The position numbers and the translations under genes are program-made. From contig JBBKWS010000004.1 in the NCBI GenBank assembly GCA_037969075.1, forward strand, positions 1 through 19,155: a DNA stretch of 19,155 nucleotides, in the 5' to 3' direction. Source of the stretch: Bdellovibrionales bacterium (GTDB lineage Bacteria; Bdellovibrionota; Bdellovibrionia; Bdellovibrionales; UBA840). Below, piece by piece: positions 15,517 to 19,155 of the stretch (position 1 is the stretch's first letter; every line of letters begins with the position of its first letter). The notes below the pieces were generated by a model. The model was not told the DNA's origin. It did not search any database and saw nothing but the letters and a program-made list of their open reading frames with translations.

Positions 15517-16017
15517 TTGTTACTGAACTCAAGCTACGAGCCCATTAAGCTCGTTTCCTGGAAGCGAGCTATTACCTTATACTTTCAAGAAAAAGTAGAA
15601 ATCGTAGAAAACTACGATGCTCATATAAACTCAAGCTCCTCTCAATTTGCCCTCCCCTCGATCATTCGACTTAAAACCTACGTAAAAAGAAAAACTAGAT
15701 TCGTAGCTCACTTTTCAAGATCCAATGTATTTAAACGTGATGACCATACTTGCCAATACTGCTACAAAATTTTTATAGAGCGCGAATTGACCTTAGATCA
15801 CGTTGTACCAGTATCTAGAGGCGGAAAGAAAACCTGGGAAAACATCGTCACGGCCTGTAAGAAATGCAATCAAAGAAAAGCTGATAAAACGCCAAAAGAG
15901 GCAAATCTAAAAATTAAGAATGCTCCAGTTGCCCCAAGGTGGCAGCCAGAAATTTTTTACGAAAGATTTAAGCTAGCGTTTCCTGAGTCTTGGCGGCACT
16001 ACTTAGGTATTGTTTAA
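15517..16017 (+). CDS. HNH endonuclease (McrA-like, Zn-finger flanked)
   Basis: LLNSSYEP, PSIIRL, RDDHTCQYC, LTLDHVVPVSRGG, WENIVTACKKCNQRK; true start uncertain. Confidence 0.93.
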   Translation: MLLNSSYEPIKLVSWKRAITLYFQEKVEIVENYDAHINSSSSQFALPSIIRLKTYVKRKTRFVAHFSRSNVFKRDDHTCQYCYKIFIERELTLDHVVPVSRGGKKTWENIVTACKKCNQRKADKTPKEANLKIKNAPVAPRWQPEIFYERFKLAFPESWRHYLGIV

Positions 16018-16061
16018 AACCTCGACAAAAATAAAAACATCTATTTTTTATTGGTTTTTTC

Positions 16062-16088
16062 TCAACTTCAATCCAGAGGCGCCGATCT
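16062..16088 (+). promoter_or_regulatory. Putative sigma28 (FliA) promoter
   Basis: TCAA (16062-16065), 15 nt, GCCGATCT (16081-16088) versus consensus TAAA-N15-GCCGATAA; AGAGGA SD follows. Confidence 0.55.
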
Positions 16089-16109
16089 TTAGTCCAAGAG
16101 GATTATGAA

Positions 16110-16802
16110 ATGGAAAAGCCAAATGTATTGATAGTGAGCAAGCGAAATGCTGATGAAATACAAATCACTCAAAAACTACAGGTTTTAGGCAAAATGAATA
16201 CCCTCACTGCCACTAGCGCCGAGGAAGCTGCCAATGAAATTAAAAACAATGAATACAGCCTAGTTGTATTTAATATGAATAAATTCTCTACAGATAAGTT
16301 AGATATGGCAAAGTATTTACGAGGCATGGGTCACTACTTTCCCCTTATGGCAGTAGCCAATGAAACAACATTTGATACCTTATTACAGATTGAAACTTTA
16401 CCAAACACCGTTTTATTAGAAAAACCATACGACGATAAAGACTTAGTCGGATTGGCGCAAAAATTAATTACGGGCAGCCCTGTGAATCAGCGAATCTTTA
16501 GACGATTCATCACGAATCAAATGGCTCATGTTGAAGTATTTCCAACTGGTGATGTATTGGATTCTCGTATTTTCAATCTATCCCGTGGTGGAGCTTACCT
16601 TGAAGTGGCTAATGAAGTTAGCTTAAAAAAGGGTGACATCATAAAAGTAGATGTAAAACTTCGCCAAATCAATAAGCGTCATGGGTTTCACGCCAAAGTC
16701 ATTTGGACTTCAGAAAAAGCAATCTGGAACAAAGGAAAGGCTGTAGGTATCGAATTTTTAAAATCAGAAAGTGTTTACGCCGAGATGTTAGCTGCGTTAT
16801 AG
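16110..16802 (+). CDS. Pseudo-receiver plus PilZ domain protein (c-di-GMP effector)
   Basis: N-terminal REC-like fold (NVLIV, LVVFN, LLEKPY); PilZ motifs RIFRR (RxxxR) and NLSRGG ([D/N]xSxxG), AKVIW, GIEF. Confidence 0.85.
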   Translation: MEKPNVLIVSKRNADEIQITQKLQVLGKMNTLTATSAEEAANEIKNNEYSLVVFNMNKFSTDKLDMAKYLRGMGHYFPLMAVANETTFDTLLQIETLPNTVLLEKPYDDKDLVGLAQKLITGSPVNQRIFRRFITNQMAHVEVFPTGDVLDSRIFNLSRGGAYLEVANEVSLKKGDIIKVDVKLRQINKRHGFHAKVIWTSEKAIWNKGKAVGIEFLKSESVYAEMLAAL

Positions 16803-16810
16803 TAGCTAAC

Positions 16811-17524
16811 ATGACTAGCCTAATTATAGAAGCAAACTCCCCTATTACTATTGTTCGATTCGAAGCCCCTAGCGTCAGAAACAGCTTTGGAACTGACCAA
16901 GCAGAAGAACTAGCTGCAATTCTAAAAATCAAACCACAAGCAATTTTATTCTATTCTGGTGTAGCAAATGCTTTTTGCTCTGGTGGAAATCTAAAAGATT
17001 ACGCAAAAAAAACACAGCCTGAGTGTATAAAGACCAACAAGAAGATAAGAGATAGTCTTAACTTACTTAGTAATATCAACATCCCTACAATAGCCATCGT
17101 AGACGGCGATGTTTTAGGTGGTGGGCTTGAGCTTTTATCCTGCTTTGATCATGTTATAACAAGCCCAAAATCGCTGTTTGCATTTTGGCAAAGAAAGATC
17201 GCTCTGTCTTATGGCTGGAGTGGTGGCGATAGACTATTAAAGCGTTTATCCCCGCAGCACTTAAAACAAAAAAGCTTAAGTGCAGAACTATTTGATTCTT
17301 ATGAAGCCAAACGAATAGGTCTAATCGATGAAATAGCACCAAGTCACTTACTTCTAGAAAATGGAGTCAATTGGGCATTAAGGCAATTACAGCTGCCACA
17401 AGAAAGTTTTTCGATTCTTAAACATTTTTCTGCCAAAACAGAAACTAAAGATTTTGAAAAAATCTGGGGAAATGTGACTCACAAAGAAGTTTTAGACGCA
17501 TTTGAAAAACGATCAAAAAAATAA
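16811..17524 (+). CDS. Enoyl-CoA hydratase/isomerase (crotonase) family protein
   Basis: RNSF, FCSGGNL, PTIAIVDGDVLGGGLEL, EAKRIGLIDEI; start moved to ATG 16811 to remove a 100-nt overlap. Confidence 0.88.
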   Translation: MTSLIIEANSPITIVRFEAPSVRNSFGTDQAEELAAILKIKPQAILFYSGVANAFCSGGNLKDYAKKTQPECIKTNKKIRDSLNLLSNINIPTIAIVDGDVLGGGLELLSCFDHVITSPKSLFAFWQRKIALSYGWSGGDRLLKRLSPQHLKQKSLSAELFDSYEAKRIGLIDEIAPSHLLLENGVNWALRQLQLPQESFSILKHFSAKTETKDFEKIWGNVTHKEVLDAFEKRSKK

Positions 17525-17604
17525 GCTAACCGATACTCAAGTGCTCATTTCAATCAACTTTGGTCTAGGTAATCTCGCCACTAGATTTTCTTTAAGGTTA
17601 CATA

Positions 17605-19092
17605 TTGATACACCGAATAGTATTTGTGATAGCTACACTATTGTTTTCATTTTTCTTATACACTGATGTAAAAGCTAATTACACAGAGAGCCTCCTTAAA
17701 AACTGTCTAAATGTTACCTCGCCTGCCATAGGCCTACTTAACAACTACTCCGACCTAATGAAGTGGATGGCAGACTCAGTAGACCATCCCTATTCGATGA
17801 GTTGCGGCAGCGTTGAACTAACTGAGGAAGAACAAAACTTAAATCTTAATATCTATCAACAAACCTTGCCAAAACAAACACAAAGCGGCGCTTCTTTAAA
17901 GGATTTTTTTTCTAAAGTAGAAGGAAAAATTAGAGCTCGTATTAAAAATGAAAAACAATCTGCTGAGGCTATTCAGGCTTGCTTAAACAAAAACTGTGTT
18001 TCATCAAAAACTAGCAGTTGTACGGGTGCTATCGCAAGTGTAAATACCTGTATACCTCTTACTTCAGACATTAAAGAAATATTAAAATTAAAAGATAACG
18101 CAAAATATAGTTTTGAAGATCTAGTCGCGGACGCTAGGTTTCATTTACATCTATCAAACACAAACACGTTTAATAGACTTGTTACAACAAATGCTGCGTT
18201 ATCAGGTTCTATAAATACCAAATTAGAGAGTTATGACTTTCCTAAAGAATCTGCATGGGAGCCAGCAGAATACAAAGGCAAGGAATATAACACTGCATCC
18301 AATCAGCTAAAATCCTACTGGGAAGATACAGGAAAAATGAGCTCTTTAGACAGAGGAGCGGACGGCAGGTTAACTGCAAAAGGTGTTAAAACTAAAATGG
18401 ATAGAATGAATAAAATCAGAGATTTACATGCTGAAACATATCAAAACATAATGTTAAGCCATCCTATTTTACAACATGTTACATCTGCAAAGCCTAGCGT
18501 TCAAGAAATGAACGTGGCTGCGAAAAGTGTTTTAGATTCTCTGGAAAAAGAAGAAGATTGGATAGATGATGCGACTAAGGATTTGCAAGGTGATGGCGAT
18601 CTAAGTACGAATACATTAAAGTTACTAAACTATAGCGATATTATTGCTGAGACGTTGCAAGAAATGCCCGAGTACTGCGGAATAAGTCGAGATTTAAAAT
18701 CGATCTACGATGCCAAAGATATAGGAAAATCTACGGCTATATACCTACCTATCATGGTAGCGTCTTTTTTTAATCCCGGATTTATTGCATTGGCTGCAGG
18801 CGGTGTCGGCAGCGCAGGAGTCGGTCTAACATATTCTTATGGATTAATGCAGGATGAAAAATTACAAATCACAGGAAGAGTAAATCCCACTAGCTACAGT
18901 GATGCAATAGAAGTACAACAAAGAAAAGAAGCATTTAATATGGAAGTATTGACTGCTCCTCTTGCAATTTTACCCGGAACAGCTGCCAATCATGGTGCGG
19001 CTACTGCTAGCAGAGGTATTTTGAACCGACTTAAATGGACAAGAAAACCTAAAGATAATGTTAAAATTATTAACTCTATTTCTTCAAAGTAA
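17605..19092 (+). CDS. Large secreted hypothetical protein with C-terminal hydrophobic segments
   Basis: 495-codon ORF, signal peptide ending VKA, 7 Cys, Gly/Ala-rich hydrophobic region near the C-terminus; AAGG 7 nt before TTG. Confidence 0.8.
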   Translation: MIHRIVFVIATLLFSFFLYTDVKANYTESLLKNCLNVTSPAIGLLNNYSDLMKWMADSVDHPYSMSCGSVELTEEEQNLNLNIYQQTLPKQTQSGASLKDFFSKVEGKIRARIKNEKQSAEAIQACLNKNCVSSKTSSCTGAIASVNTCIPLTSDIKEILKLKDNAKYSFEDLVADARFHLHLSNTNTFNRLVTTNAALSGSINTKLESYDFPKESAWEPAEYKGKEYNTASNQLKSYWEDTGKMSSLDRGADGRLTAKGVKTKMDRMNKIRDLHAETYQNIMLSHPILQHVTSAKPSVQEMNVAAKSVLDSLEKEEDWIDDATKDLQGDGDLSTNTLKLLNYSDIIAETLQEMPEYCGISRDLKSIYDAKDIGKSTAIYLPIMVASFFNPGFIALAAGGVGSAGVGLTYSYGLMQDEKLQITGRVNPTSYSDAIEVQQRKEAFNMEVLTAPLAILPGTAANHGAATASRGILNRLKWTRKPKDNVKIINSISSK

Positions 19093-19093
19093 A

Positions 19094-19123
19094 TCTCAAG
19101 ACTAACTAGATGTAGTCTTGAGA
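19094..19123. terminator. Perfect 11-bp hairpin, probable terminator
   Basis: TCTCAAGACTA, 8-nt loop, TAGTCTTGAGA right after the stop at 19092; U-rich tail (TTTACTTT) only on the minus strand. Confidence 0.55.
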
Positions 19124-19155
19124 GTATGATGGTACTTAATACTACTGGCCTGCAA

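Noticed and set aside
15517..16017. HNH gene as a mobile element, restriction system or CRISPR/OMEGA component
   Set aside because: No methylase, RuvC motifs, repeats, terminal inverted repeats or transposase nearby; looks like the common stand-alone family
16016..16060. Possible terminator after the HNH gene
   Set aside because: Stem is almost entirely A-T and imperfect; too weak to call
16703..16810. N-terminal extension of the crotonase ORF overlapping the PilZ gene
   Set aside because: ATG 16811 gives a normal-length domain 8 nt after the upstream stop
354..17342. Short antisense or alternate-frame ORFs (e.g. 354-698, 1630-1827, 2066-2287, 2449-2691, 4274-4984 set, 6042-6248, 7032-7241, 7349-7540, 9337-9597, 10225-10476, 11559-11789, 12786-13028, 13906-14088, 14803-15105, 16699-16932, 17154-17342)
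   Set aside because: They overlap well-supported genes and show no recognisable motifs; shadow ORFs

Overview
This is a gene-dense, AT-rich bacterial chromosomal segment with 19 supportable CDSs and no recognisable rRNA, tRNA, CRISPR array or mobile element. Gene content (pseudo-receiver-PilZ protein, orphan PilT, eukaryote-type citrate synthase, secreted orphans) suggests a Bdellovibrionota or deltaproteobacteria-like organism, which is an inference. Gene order: YbfF-like esterase, DEAD-box helicase, secreted orphan; a minus-strand operon of mutY, a TolB-like lipoprotein and a secreted protein; agmatinase; a minus-strand pilT-recX-alaS-squalene synthase operon; crcB, degenerate SpoIIE/PP2C, lipase; citrate synthase; HNH nuclease; REC-PilZ, crotonase-family enzyme; large secreted orphan. 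The most notable signals are: (1) recurring sigma70 promoters placed so transcription starts at or near the start codon (leaderless-type expression); (2) an HNH gene whose 5' end looks like a uORF plus a -1 slippery site (T_TTA_AAG), or an indel; (3) an orphan eukaryote-type squalene synthase abutting alaS; (4) an inverted repeat covering the crcB start; (5) two apparently catalytically dead signalling proteins, one behind a sigma28-like promoter. No complete new multi-gene system can be demonstrated from sequence alone.
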